Positions 1 to 9,986 are shown, counted from the first letter of the stretch. The stretch: 64,000 bases of DNA from Myxococcota bacterium (GCA_044344255.1 JBIJDH010000022.1:1-64000), one strand, 5' to 3'. Notes: generated by a model not told the origin, from the sequence alone. Translations and numbers: made by a program.

Positions 1-76
1 CTCCCCGAAGCCTCACCGTGCGGGGCCCCCGCCCCCCGCGGCCACCGTTTGAAGGGTCGGAGGCGAACTCCAGGCC

Positions 77-120
77 GGACTACTTCTGGTGAGCACAAGT
101 GGTCTACTTCGGGTGAGCGC
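77..120. repeat. Two imperfect 20-bp direct repeats (possible IS end)
   Basis: GGACTACTTCTGGTGAGCAC (77-96) and GGTCTACTTCGGGTGAGCGC (101-120), 17/20 identical, 24-bp period. They lie just before the recognisable part of the next ORF. Confidence 0.45.
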
Positions 121-126
121 TCAAGG

Positions 127-417
127 CCCAGCCTCGACCTCGACGGGCTGCCGCGCCTCGATCTCTCCGTTCACGCTCCAGATGGGGGAATGGACACGGC
201 GTTCGTCGCTATGCTCGACCCTGCGCTGGTGCTCGCGCCGCCCGGCACGCCATCTTTGCTCGTCCTCCACGCCGTCCCGAGGGCGGAGAGCCTCTTCGTG
301 CCCGTCGACTCGGGGCCTCCATGGGCTGATCCCGTCGAGGCGCTCCTCGACCTCTACGACCTGCGGCTCATCGAACAGGCGGACGATCTGGTCCGCGCCC
401 TGCGGAGGCCACCATGA
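127..417 (+). pseudogene. C-terminal fragment of a putative AbiEi-like antitoxin/regulator
   Basis: DLDGLPRLDLSVH...WADPVEALLDLYDLRLIEQA resembles antitoxin C-termini. Its stop overlaps the next start (ATGA, 414-417). No credible N-terminus is present. Confidence 0.45.
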
Positions 418-1282
418 GCGGTGCGGGCACCGTCGATCCCCGCGCGTTGTTCGTGCGTCTCCGCCAGGAGCTCCCCGGCGATGTCCTTGACCACATTGTC
501 GTGGTCGGTAGCCTGGCCGCCGCGTACCACTACGCCGACCAGGTGGGGCGAGGCGTGGACACACCGTCGCGGCCCAGGAGATCGCGGGTCGCCTCATCCA
601 ACGCGGATGGCGCGAGAAGCGGGACCGGGCGCCGGGGACGGCATCCACGCCGCCGGGCGACCTACCCGCGATACGCCTCCACCCGCCGGACCACTACGAG
701 TACTTCGTCGAGCTACTCATGGTCCCCGAGGGTGAGGCGCCCGGCGCAAAGCCGTGGGTGGGCGTCGAACTCCCTGGTGGCTACTACGGACTGCCCGGCT
801 TCGAATTCCTCGCGCTCACGATGGTTGACCGGCAGCGAGCGGCCGACGGCATCGAGTACGCCCACCCGGCCATGATGGCGTTGGCGAACCTGCTCTCGCA
901 CCGGGAGTTGCGGCACCACGTCATGAGCGCCCCCATCGGGGGGCGCCTCGTGGAGCGCTACGCGAAGGACCTGGGGCGGGTCCTCGCGCTCGCCCGGTTG
1001 GCCAGTCGCGAAGAAGTCGAGGCCTGGGCTCCGCGGTGGCTGCTCGCGTTGCAAGAGTGTTTCCCGACGAGGTGGCCCAAGCTCGCCGGCTCCGTCGGTG
1101 CCGGACTCCGCGCGCTCCTGGACGACGCTGCGTTCGAGGAGGCGTGGCACTGCTGCAGCGTCGGCCTGCTCGCGAACATGGGAGTCACGGAGACTCAGCT
1201 GCGAGCGATCGCCCGGCAGGTGATCGTGGATGCGATCGAGCCGGTCGAGGCGCGAGGGAAAGCAGGGCGGGACCCCTCTTGA
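414..1282 (+). pseudogene. Frameshifted nucleotidyltransferase-fold (AbiEii-like) gene
   Basis: N-terminal IVVVGSLAA motif in the 414 frame. Plausible coding continues from 563 in the 719 frame (TVAAQEIAGRLIQRGW...YAKDLGRVLALA). Frameshift at about 561. Confidence 0.6.
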
Positions 1283-1869
1283 GCTGGCAAGAAGCACTCC
1301 GGCTGCGCTTCCCAGACTCGGGCGCCGCAGCCGCTCGCCAGCAGTGGCGATCGTCGCCACCCAAGCTCGCGGTCGGACAGGCCGTCGAGGGAGTGGTGGT
1401 GGCACGAGCACCCTTCGGCGTGTGGCTCGACATCGGGGTCGGACACGCCGCCCTGCTGCTCGTCACGAACATGGACGGGGTTCGAACGGTGAGGTTGGGC
1501 TTCGAGGACTACCCTCCGCTCGGCGCCCACCTCGTCGGGCATGTCTACGTGCTGGGTCCCGATGCGGAGATCGGCATCACGCAGCTCACAAATCCTACCT
1601 CTCTGTCGATCGGACCCGCTGTCGCTCCAGCCGGCTCCGACGATGACCTCTGGGCCGCACTTCGTGCGAACGGTCCCGTCGAGGCACTCACGACCGTGGT
1701 TCTTGCCTGGAAGGTGCGAGGCGTCACCGCCGCTGAGGCAGAGCAACGCCTGACTGCGTTTCTGCACGTCGTCATGAACGTGGGCGTGCTCGACGAAGAC
1801 GACCCGGTGCGTGACGTGCTCGACTTCGTCACGGGAGAGTGTTCGCCGCACTCGCGGCTGTTTCCCTGA
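1279..1869 (+). CDS. S1 RNA-binding-domain protein with an uncharacterised C-terminal domain
   Basis: LAVGQAVEGVVVARAPFGVWLDIG is S1-like. The TTG start at 1279 overlaps the upstream TGA. Confidence 0.55.
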   Translation: MSWQEALRLRFPDSGAAAARQQWRSSPPKLAVGQAVEGVVVARAPFGVWLDIGVGHAALLLVTNMDGVRTVRLGFEDYPPLGAHLVGHVYVLGPDAEIGITQLTNPTSLSIGPAVAPAGSDDDLWAALRANGPVEALTTVVLAWKVRGVTAAEAEQRLTAFLHVVMNVGVLDEDDPVRDVLDFVTGECSPHSRLFP

Positions 1870-1918
1870 CGCTTCGCAGTGGACGTGCTGGCGCAGTGCC
1901 TCGTGCATCCACCGACTC

Positions 1919-2366
1919 GGGGTCGGGACTCTCCAATTAACAACAGAGTCGCCCGGCCCGCGTCCCCGTCCCAGCAGGTGGCATCCCCCGTGGGCGCGCC
2001 CTCTCCGCCTTCGGCTCCATCCCGGCTCCTTCGCGGCTCCAGCTTCTCCTGCCAGACACCCAGGGGCAGACCCTACCGCCGCATCTCCCCTGCGCACCTC
2101 AGCCACCCTCTCACGGAGACCGCGGTTCCTCCGATCAGCTCTCCCTTAAGCAGACCGCTGCCCTGATGGAGGCACCAGCAACGCGACACCTCCCGGCGGA
2201 TGGCCGTGACCAGGATGCCGCCCGCGCCTTCGGCAAAGACGGCGTCGTGGCGCGCCTACCCGAGGCATGGCGTGGGCAGGACCAGCGAAGTCGCCGCGGG
2301 TAGGCGCTACCATGCGGGAGCAGGGGGACGAAAGACCGGAGCTGTCAATTGGAGAGTCCTGACCCC
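1919..2366. mobile_element. 448-bp segment bounded by 24-bp inverted repeats (MITE-like)
   Basis: GGGGTCGGGACTCTCCAATTAACA (1919-1942) versus the reverse complement of 2343-2366, GGGGTCAGGACTCTCCAATTGACA: 22/24 match. No convincing internal gene and no clean target-site duplication. Confidence 0.5.
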
Positions 2367-2455
2367 ACTAAGCCCGCCGTCGGCAGCCATTGACAGCGGG
2401 TGGCGCTCAACCAGCCCCCAGCACCTCCCGGGAGCCCCGTATTCAAGGGCGTACA

Positions 2456-2959
2456 CTACCTTATGGACACCGAGAGCTGCCACGTTCGCGACGAAGCACG
2501 CGCCAGAATCTCCTCAACTGAGGTGATGAGCAGCTCCCCAGTGCGCTTGTTGTAAAGGGCTACCCGATGACGCGAGCCCAGAACCGCAGCGGCCTCGATC
2601 TCGCCCTCGGTTAGGGCGAAGAAGAACCCGCTGAACCCGGGTCCGACGCGCGGCTGGTTGGACGTCTTGATTTCGACGAACGTGAACGCCGCAAGATGCT
2701 CGTCGATCCACAGGGAGTCGTGGAGGCGCGGCTCAAGACCAGCCGGAAGCGCGATCGCATCGAAGCTCGACCCCTTGATAGGGGTACCGGCGGCATCCAG
2801 CGCCCGGAGCAGCGCCTTAAGCTCGCGGCCCCGTGGCCTCTCCAGCCACTCTGGCCTGCCGGTCACCAATTCGACCTCGCCCTCGCGTCCACCCTGGTTG
2901 GCGAATCGCGTTAAGTGCGTTCTGCGCTCGGCAATCAGGGCTCGAAGGTCGGTGGGCAT
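2456..2959 (-). CDS. PD-(D/E)xK restriction-endonuclease-like protein
   Basis: SFDAI...FVEIKT motif followed by FFFALTEGE; 167 aa. Confidence 0.6.
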   Translation of the reverse strand: MPTDLRALIAERRTHLTRFANQGGREGEVELVTGRPEWLERPRGRELKALLRALDAAGTPIKGSSFDAIALPAGLEPRLHDSLWIDEHLAAFTFVEIKTSNQPRVGPGFSGFFFALTEGEIEAAAVLGSRHRVALYNKRTGELLITSVEEILARASSRTWQLSVSIR

Positions 2960-3047
2960 CAGCAGTCCTATTCGAGCGCATGAAGCGCACGCAGCCCCAC
3001 CCAGCCCCGAAAAATGACGATCGAAGCTGGGGGTTCTGTTGAAAAAG

Positions 3048-3425
3048 TGGAGGCGGCGGGAGTCGAACCCGCGTCCGAAACAGTGAGATGTCGGCCACTA
3101 CGTGCGTAGCCCCGAGTTTACAACTCCCGTCAGGTCTCGAGACACACCCCGAACGGAAGTCAGCGGCGAATTTGTTTGATTATTTATCGTCCCCACCCCC
3201 CACGCCATCATAGAGGGCCAGGACTATCCAGGTCGTGACACGCCCGTCTCTGGACCCCTGGCAATACCAGGACGGACGGCTCTAAACTACTACCTTGTTA
3301 GGCGGCGAGAGCGAAGTGCTTGTTGTTGTTGGCACTTGTTGGTTTTTTCCGGTGATTTACGAGGATCCGAATACCTCGGCACGCAACCTAAACCGCAACA
3401 ATCCCGTCGAAACCGGTTCGCCCCC
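3048..3425 (-). ncRNA. ssrA: tmRNA
   Basis: 5' GGGGGCGAACCGGTTTCGACGGG and 3' GGACGCGGGTTCGACTCCCGCCGCCTCCA. Tag ORF ANNNKHFALAA* at 3333-3298. CCA is not encoded. Confidence 0.97.
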
Positions 3426-3735
3426 ATTTCATCTTCGCGCTTCAGAGTCCTGAACCCGAGTGTTTCCACCGCGGGTCCGCTGCGAGCAGCTATCCCCAAC
3501 ATGCCCACCGGCCCCCCGGATGTCAAGGTGGACCGAACACGCCGACGAGGGCGAGGACGCGCGGGGAGCGGCGCGGGAGGCGCGCGGGCGGACGACCGCG
3601 GCAGCGCGGGAGGCGCGGAGCCGCCCGCACGCAGGCGACCGCGGCCGTGGCCGCGGGCCTTCCGCCGAGGGGGCGGTCGGGCTACGCTCGCGCGGCGTCG
3701 GGGGGCGGGAACGGGTTGCCTCCCAGGGAGTCGAG

Positions 3736-5295
3736 ATGGTCCGTCTGAGGTCCTTTGTCGGGGGTCGCTGGGTCGAAGGGTCGGGGGCGCCGATCGCGCT
3801 CGTGAACCCCTCCACAGAGGGTGTGGTGGCCGAGGTCCTGGGCGGCGGCATCGACTGCGGGCCGGCGCTCGAGTACGCGCGCGCGGTGGGCGGCCCCAAC
3901 CTGCGCGCGATGAGCTTCGCCGAGCGCGGTGAGCTGCTCGGCAAGATGGCCAAGGCCATCCACGTGCACCGGGAGGCCCTGCTCGACCTCTGCCGTGACA
4001 ACAACGGCTGCACGCGGGGCGACGCCAAGTTTGACGTCGATGGGGCCACGGCCACGCTGGCGGCCTACGCCAAGCTCGGGCAGGGCCTCGGGGCGGCGCG
4101 CTTCCAGATCGACGGCGAGGCGGAGCGGCTCAGCACCGGCGCCCGCTACGTGGGCCAGCACGTGCGGCTGCCGCGGCCGGGCGCGGCGGTGCACATCAAC
4201 GCCTTCAACTTCCCGGCCTGGGGCACCTTTGAGAAGGTGGCGGTGGCCTTGCTCGCCGGCGTGCCGGTGGTCTCGAAGCCGGCGACGGCGACGGCGCTCA
4301 CGGCCTTCCGGATGGTCGAGATCCTGGTCGAGTCGGGGCTGATGCCGGAGGGGGCGCTCTCCTTTGTGGCGGGGCCCCCGGGCAACCTGATGGACGTGCT
4401 CGGCCCGCAGGACTGCCTCGCGTTTACCGGCTCGGCCGACACCGCGGCGCGGCTGCGGTCGAGCGCGGCGGTCTCGGCGCGCAGCACCCGCGTCAACATC
4501 GAGGCCGACTCGCTCAACGCCGCCCTGCTCGGGCCGGACGTGGAGGTGGGCGGTGACCTCTGGAACCTCGCGGTGCGCAACATCGTGCGCGACATGACCC
4601 AGAAGACGGGCCAGAAGTGCACGGCTGTGCGCCGAATCTTCGTGGCCGAGGGCCAGGCTGACGAGCTCGCCGGCGCGATCTCCGACGAGCTCGCCCGCGT
4701 GGTGGTGGGCGACCCGGCGGAGGACAAGGTCACGATGGGGCCGGTGGCCACCGCCGCCCAGCTCCGCGACGTGCGCCAGGGCATCCGCCACCTCTCCGAG
4801 CAGGCCCGCGTGGTGACGGGCGGCCTCGAGGCCGTGCAGGGCGTAGGGGCCCCCGAGGGCAAGGGCTACTTCGTGGCGCCGACGCTGCTCCAGGCCGCCG
4901 ACGCCGACGCCGCGCCGCGGGCCCATGAGCACGAGGTCTTCGGGCCGGCGGCCACGCTCATCCCCTATGGGGGCGGGGCCGCCGAGGGGGCCGAGCTCCT
5001 GGCCCGCGGCAAGGGCTGCCTCGTGAGCGCCGTCTACGGCGACGACCGCGACTGGCTGGGCGAGCTGCTCTTCGCGGCGGCCCCCTGGACGGGGCGGCTG
5101 CAGGTGGTGGGCACCAAGGTGTCCGACCAGACGCTGCCCCCCGGCCTCGTGCTGCCGAACCAGGTGCACGGCGGCCCCGGGCGCGCGGGCGGCGGCGAGG
5201 AGCTCGGCGGCCTCCGCGGCCTCGACTTCTACACCCAGCGGGTGGCCCTGCAGGGGGACACCGCCGTGCTGAAGAAGCTGCTCGGCCAGGCCTGA
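3736..5295 (+). CDS. PaaZ-N/BoxD-like CoA-semialdehyde dehydrogenase (ALDH)
   Basis: HINAFNFPAWG, FTGS, EADSLN, GQKCTAVRR, HGGPGRAGGGEELGG. No MaoC domain. ATG 3736 chosen as start. Confidence 0.85.
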   Translation: MVRLRSFVGGRWVEGSGAPIALVNPSTEGVVAEVLGGGIDCGPALEYARAVGGPNLRAMSFAERGELLGKMAKAIHVHREALLDLCRDNNGCTRGDAKFDVDGATATLAAYAKLGQGLGAARFQIDGEAERLSTGARYVGQHVRLPRPGAAVHINAFNFPAWGTFEKVAVALLAGVPVVSKPATATALTAFRMVEILVESGLMPEGALSFVAGPPGNLMDVLGPQDCLAFTGSADTAARLRSSAAVSARSTRVNIEADSLNAALLGPDVEVGGDLWNLAVRNIVRDMTQKTGQKCTAVRRIFVAEGQADELAGAISDELARVVVGDPAEDKVTMGPVATAAQLRDVRQGIRHLSEQARVVTGGLEAVQGVGAPEGKGYFVAPTLLQAADADAAPRAHEHEVFGPAATLIPYGGGAAEGAELLARGKGCLVSAVYGDDRDWLGELLFAAAPWTGRLQVVGTKVSDQTLPPGLVLPNQVHGGPGRAGGGEELGGLRGLDFYTQRVALQGDTAVLKKLLGQA

Positions 5296-5298
5296 GGC

Positions 5299-6213
5299 GT
5301 GCTCGACCCCGCCTGCCTCGAGCCCCTGCGGCGGGCGGGGCTGGAGCCGCGCCTCGACGAGCCGCTGCTCCGCCACGGCTACTGGCGCATCGGCGGGCCG
5401 GCGGACTGCCTCGTCGAAGTGCCGGACGAGGAGCGCTTGCTCGCCGTGATGGCGATCGGGGCCCCGGTGACGGTGCTCGGCAACGGGAGCAACAGCCTCA
5501 TCTCCGACCGCGGCGTGCGCGGCTTGACGGTGCGCCTCGGCGGGCGCCTCCGCGAGAGCCAGCTCGACGGCGACACCCTCACCGCCGGCGGGGGCCTCCT
5601 GAACGCCGTGCTGCTGCGGCGCGCCGAGCAGGCGGGCGTGGGCGGGCTCACCAGCCTCGCCGGCGTGCCGGGCACAGTGGGCGGCGCGGTGCGGATGAAC
5701 GCCGGCACGGCCTTGGGCGAGATCGGCCCCACCGTGCTCTCCGTGCGCGTGGCCCTGCCCGGCGGGGCGGTCTGCGAGCTGCCGGGGAGCGAGCTCGAAT
5801 TCGCCTACCGCCGCGCGACGCTCCCCCCGGGCGCCATCGTGATCTCGGCCCGCCTGCGCGTGTGCCGGGAGGGGGTGGCCGAGGAGCAGGCCGCCGTGCG
5901 CCACCACCTCGAGCGCCGTAAGGCCACCCAGCCCCTCGACCTCCCCTCCTGCGGCTCGGTCTTCAAGAACCCGCCAGGGCACCACGCCGGCGCCCTCATC
6001 GAGCGGGTGGGCCTCAAGGGCCGGGTGCAGGGCGGGGCGGCGATCAGCGAGCGACACGCCAACTTCATCGTCAACCAGGGCGGGGCCACGGCGATGGACG
6101 TGCTCACCCTCATCCGCCTCGCGCAGGCCCGCGTACAGGGGGAGGTGGGCGTGCGGCTCGAGCCCGAGGTCCACGCGATGGGAGACTGGGCCCCCGCCGA
6201 GTGGCCGCCCTGA
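5299..6213 (+). CDS. murB: UDP-N-acetylenolpyruvoylglucosamine reductase
   Basis: RIGGPAD, LGNGSN, GTVGGAVRMNAG, SCGSVFKNP, HANFIVN. Confidence 0.95.
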   Translation: MLDPACLEPLRRAGLEPRLDEPLLRHGYWRIGGPADCLVEVPDEERLLAVMAIGAPVTVLGNGSNSLISDRGVRGLTVRLGGRLRESQLDGDTLTAGGGLLNAVLLRRAEQAGVGGLTSLAGVPGTVGGAVRMNAGTALGEIGPTVLSVRVALPGGAVCELPGSELEFAYRRATLPPGAIVISARLRVCREGVAEEQAAVRHHLERRKATQPLDLPSCGSVFKNPPGHHAGALIERVGLKGRVQGGAAISERHANFIVNQGGATAMDVLTLIRLAQARVQGEVGVRLEPEVHAMGDWAPAEWPP

Positions 6214-6241
6214 CGCAGCCGAACTGCGCTACGATGCCGCC

Positions 6242-7648
6242 GTGTCGGACGTCACGAGCACCATCGCCAACGCGCAGCACCGCCAGATCCGCCTGCGCCG
6301 GATGCGGCTCCGCTGCGTGGTGGGCGCCGAGCTCGGCAACACCTGGGAGCTCGAGCAAGACCTCGTGCGCATCGGCAGCCAGGCCGGCAGCCACGTGCTG
6401 CTCACCGACGACACCGTCTCCCGGCGCCACGCCGAGCTCGTGCGCACCCGCGACGGCGTGCTCCTGCGTGACCTCGAGTCTCGCAACGGCACCTTCGTGG
6501 GGCCGATCCGCATCAAGGAGGTCTTCCTCCCGCCCGACGCCCGCTTCCGCGTCGGCCGCAGCGAGCTCGTCTTCAGCTCGAAGGACGAGGTGCTCGAGAC
6601 CCGCCCCTCCGAGGAGCCGCGCTTCGAGGGCCTCGTCGGCCAAAGCCTGGCGATGCGCGAGGTCTTCGGCGTGCTCAGCCGCGTCGCCCCGACTGACCTC
6701 ACCGTGCTCCTCACCGGCGAGACGGGCACGGGCAAGGAGCTCGCCAGCCGCGCGCTGCACGCCCGCTCGCGGCGGGTGGGCGGGCCCTTCGTCGTCTTCG
6801 ACTGCGGGGCCGCGCCCGAGAACCTGATCGAGAGTGAGCTCTTCGGCCACAAGAAGGGGGCCTTCACCGGCGCCGTCGAGGGGCGGCCCGGCGTCTTCGA
6901 GCTGGCGCACGGCGGCACCATCTTCCTCGACGAGGTGGGCGAGCTCCCGCTCGAATTGCAGCCGAAGCTGCTGCGGGCCCTCGAGCAGCGCGAGGTGCGG
7001 CGGGTGGGCGACAGCCGCACCGTGAGCGTCGATGTGCGCGTGGTGGCCGCCACCAACCGCGATCTGACCCTCGAGGTCGCCGCCGGCCGCTTCCGGGAGG
7101 ACCTCTACTACCGCCTGGCCGTCGTCGAGCTCCGCCTGCCGCCGCTGCGGGAGCGCCTCTCCGATCTGCCGCTGCTCATCGATCACATCCTCCGGGTGAG
7201 CCCCCACAACCGCGGCGTGCGCGGTCTCTCCCCCGAGGTCTCCGCCCTGCTCGAGGCCTGGCGTTGGCCAGGCAACATCCGCGAGCTCAGCAACGTCATC
7301 GGCCGGGCCCTGCCCTTCTGCGACGGCGAGCTCATCGAGCTCTCCGCCCTGCCGGCGGGCCTCCGCTCGGCCCAGGTCCAGCCTCCCGGCGCGGCGGGCG
7401 GGCCCATCCCGGTCAGCACCGGCCCGGCCAACACCGGCCCGTCCCTCAGCGGTGAGGCCCTCTCGGCCCTGCCCTTCAAGGACGCGAAGGACCAGATGGT
7501 CGAGGCCTTCGAGCGGGCCTACCTCATCGACCTCATCGACCGCTACGACGGCAACGTCTCCCGCGCCGCCACCGCCGCAGGCATCGACCGCAAGTCGATC
7601 ACCCGGCTGATGAAGAAGCACGGCATCACCCGCCAGACCACCGACTGA
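6242..7648 (+). CDS. FHA-domain sigma54-dependent enhancer-binding protein
   Basis: FHA (VSRRHA, SRNGT), GETGTGKE, GAFTGA, FREDLYYRL, WPGNIREL and a Fis-type HTH. Confidence 0.93.
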   Translation: MSDVTSTIANAQHRQIRLRRMRLRCVVGAELGNTWELEQDLVRIGSQAGSHVLLTDDTVSRRHAELVRTRDGVLLRDLESRNGTFVGPIRIKEVFLPPDARFRVGRSELVFSSKDEVLETRPSEEPRFEGLVGQSLAMREVFGVLSRVAPTDLTVLLTGETGTGKELASRALHARSRRVGGPFVVFDCGAAPENLIESELFGHKKGAFTGAVEGRPGVFELAHGGTIFLDEVGELPLELQPKLLRALEQREVRRVGDSRTVSVDVRVVAATNRDLTLEVAAGRFREDLYYRLAVVELRLPPLRERLSDLPLLIDHILRVSPHNRGVRGLSPEVSALLEAWRWPGNIRELSNVIGRALPFCDGELIELSALPAGLRSAQVQPPGAAGGPIPVSTGPANTGPSLSGEALSALPFKDAKDQMVEAFERAYLIDLIDRYDGNVSRAATAAGIDRKSITRLMKKHGITRQTTD

Positions 7649-7670
7649 GCGGCACGCGGCCCCCGCCGGC

Positions 7671-8357
7671 TCAGAGGGCGCTGATCTTGCCGGTCTCGAG
7701 GTCTTCGTGCCAGACCTGCTCCGGGCCCCGCACGAAGCCCACCTGGGGCTTGCCGCAGGGAGCGCCGAGGCCGCCCGCGTTCATGCAGACCATCTCGCCC
7801 AGGCGGATGACCCCCGCCGCCTCGTGGATGTGGCCGCAGAGCAGCACGCCGCGGCGGGAGAGGGCGAGGGCCCGGATGCTGGCCGAGCCGACGTGATCCC
7901 CGCTGAGCACGACGTCGAGGGCGGTGTCCTTGGGCGGAGCGTGGGCGAGGTAGACGTCGGCCTCGGGGATCACCCGCGCCGCCAGCTCCTCGTCGCTCCA
8001 CTCGTAGGGGAAGCCGAAGCGGTCGGGGCCGGCGCCGCCGATGCCGGCCACCCGGTAGCCGGCCACCTCCTCCACCCGGTGGTCGAGGTTGCCCTCGAAG
8101 GGGGGCGAGGGGATGTCGTGGTTGCCCGGCACCCAGCGCACGGGCACGTCGAGGCTGCGCACCTCGCGGAGCACCCCGTCGACGTTCATCAGGTAGCGGG
8201 TGCGGCGGAGGCTGTTCGGCGGCGCGTGGTGTGCGCAGGCGATGTCGCCCACGAGCAAGATGCCATCCACCTTCTCGGCGGCGATGCGGCGGAGCACCAG
8301 CTTGAGGCGGCCCCACTCGGCGTGTACGTCGCCGATCACGGCGAGGGTGGCGGGCAC
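7671..8357 (-). CDS. Metallophosphoesterase
   Basis: GDVH, GD, GNHD and GHIHE motifs. Confidence 0.88.
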   Translation of the reverse strand: MPATLAVIGDVHAEWGRLKLVLRRIAAEKVDGILLVGDIACAHHAPPNSLRRTRYLMNVDGVLREVRSLDVPVRWVPGNHDIPSPPFEGNLDHRVEEVAGYRVAGIGGAGPDRFGFPYEWSDEELAARVIPEADVYLAHAPPKDTALDVVLSGDHVGSASIRALALSRRGVLLCGHIHEAAGVIRLGEMVCMNAGGLGAPCGKPQVGFVRGPEQVWHEDLETGKISAL

Positions 8358-8362
8358 GCGAC

Positions 8363-8767
8363 TTAGCCGTGGGCCGACATGATGCCGAAGGTGGCGATGA
8401 CGGCCACCAGCTCGATCACCACCCCCACCACCATCCGGCTCGATCCGACGCCGCCCTCCCGCACGGCGGCGATCTCCGGGCGCATGAAGCGCTTGTTCGC
8501 CACCTCACAGGGGGCCCAGAGCAGGAGGCCGGCCCAGGTCCACCAGGTGGCCACGCCGAAGCCCGGCAGCGCCGCCCAGAGGGCGAGCCCCAGCACCACG
8601 GCGATCCGCCCCGCCATCATGAAGCCGAGCAGGTGCGTCCAGTGCAGGAGCGTGGCGGTGCGGGGCTCGGAGCGCCCCCCCGCCACCACCAACACCACGT
8701 TGACGAGCCCGACGAGGAAGACCAGGTAGCCGAGGCCCTGGTGGCTGTGCATGAGAGCAGATTCCAA
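8363..8767 (-). CDS. Hypothetical membrane protein (about 4 TM)
   Basis: Hydrophobic helices with His residues; co-oriented with its neighbours. Confidence 0.7.
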   Translation of the reverse strand: MESALMHSHQGLGYLVFLVGLVNVVLVVAGGRSEPRTATLLHWTHLLGFMMAGRIAVVLGLALWAALPGFGVATWWTWAGLLLWAPCEVANKRFMRPEIAAVREGGVGSSRMVVGVVIELVAVIATFGIMSAHG

Positions 8768-8824
8768 GTTCTTTCGCTCCGACCCAGTGCGACCTGGATC
8801 TCCGGTTGGTTCTTCGTGGCGGAG

Positions 8825-9895
8825 TTAGAGTCCCCCGCCATCACCCTTCCCTTTCGCTTTCCCTTTCGCCTTCCCTTTGCCCTTCCCCTTCCCCTTCCCC
8901 GCGCCTGGGTCGCCGTCCCCGCGCCCCTCGGTAGCCCGATCGGCGGCCTCCGTCTGCGCCGCGCGGCGTCGCTCCACGGCCGCCTCCTTGGTGGCGGCGT
9001 TCGGGTCGGCTTCGATCGCCCGCCGCAACAAGGGCTGCGAGAGCGCGGGGCGGACGAGGGGAGGCCGGGTGACCTTCGCCTCGGCGGGGCCGAGGTCAAC
9101 GCGGAGGTTGACCCGCACGGTGTCCTCCACGGACTTGTGATCGCAGAGCACACGCAGCAGCGTCAGGCGGTCGGCGAGGTGGAGCGCGGCCACGGAGAGG
9201 GCGATGGGCTCGGTGGTGTCGACGTGGTAGTCGCTCGGCCCGCTGCGGCTCAGCCGCACCTTCGCCGACACGTCGACCGTCTGCCCGTGAACCGTGAGCT
9301 TGCCCGTCGCGGTGGCGGGGCTGTCGTAGCCCACGGCGATGCCCTCCTCGGGGACCCCCTCGAGGCTCGTGAGCTGGAACTGGGCGCTTCGGTGCTTCGA
9401 CACCTCGAAGAAGACGTCCACGACGTTCTGATCGCGGGCGGGGAGGCCGGAGTCGAAGCGGGCGAGATCGATCGAGGCGGAGCCGGAGAGCCCCTGCTGG
9501 TGTGCGCCGTCGCGGAAGGTGAAGTCGCCGGTGACCCCGTCGAAGCGCGCCGGCACCTCCGTCTCACCGTCCTTCACCGCGATGATCGAGACCTCGCCCC
9601 GCTTCACGACGAGGTCTTGCAGGGCGGGCGGGGCCTCCATCGGCGCCGCCGAGGCGCCCCCGCGGCCCTCCCGGTCGGACTCCTTCGCCGGTTCGCCGGC
9701 TTCGTCGCCCCCCTTGGCCGCCTCACCCTCGTCCGCGCCCACCCCCGCCTCGCGGGCGAGGGCCTTCACCTTCTCACAGCCCGAGCCGAGGCCCAGCAGG
9801 GCCAGGGCGAGCAGGACCGCGACGCGGACGGGAGATCTGCGGACGGGGAATCTGCGGATGGGGGATCTTCTGAGATTGGACCTGTCGAACGACAT
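8825..9895 (-). CDS. YceI-like lipoprotein with a Gly/Lys-rich tail
   Basis: Lipobox-like LGSGC, IDLARFDSGLPARD, ATGKLTVHG and a C-terminal GKGKGKGKAKG. Confidence 0.7.
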   Translation of the reverse strand: MSFDRSNLRRSPIRRFPVRRSPVRVAVLLALALLGLGSGCEKVKALAREAGVGADEGEAAKGGDEAGEPAKESDREGRGGASAAPMEAPPALQDLVVKRGEVSIIAVKDGETEVPARFDGVTGDFTFRDGAHQQGLSGSASIDLARFDSGLPARDQNVVDVFFEVSKHRSAQFQLTSLEGVPEEGIAVGYDSPATATGKLTVHGQTVDVSAKVRLSRSGPSDYHVDTTEPIALSVAALHLADRLTLLRVLCDHKSVEDTVRVNLRVDLGPAEAKVTRPPLVRPALSQPLLRRAIEADPNAATKEAAVERRRAAQTEAADRATEGRGDGDPGAGKGKGKGKGKAKGKAKGKGDGGGL

Positions 9896-9986
9896 GCCGC
9901 ACCTCCGAGGCCTCCCGGCTAACCTGGAACGGCGACCGCCGGTCGGCTACACAGGCGGCCCCTCCACCGGACCCGCCTGGAGCGCC

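Noticed and set aside
3048..3080. Possible tRNA gene
   Set aside because: This T-arm and acceptor belong to tmRNA; the matching 5' end and tag ORF lie upstream on the minus strand.
3736..5295. Calling the gene paaZ or inferring a phenylacetate/benzoate cluster
   Set aside because: No MaoC hydratase domain and no other paa/box genes nearby.
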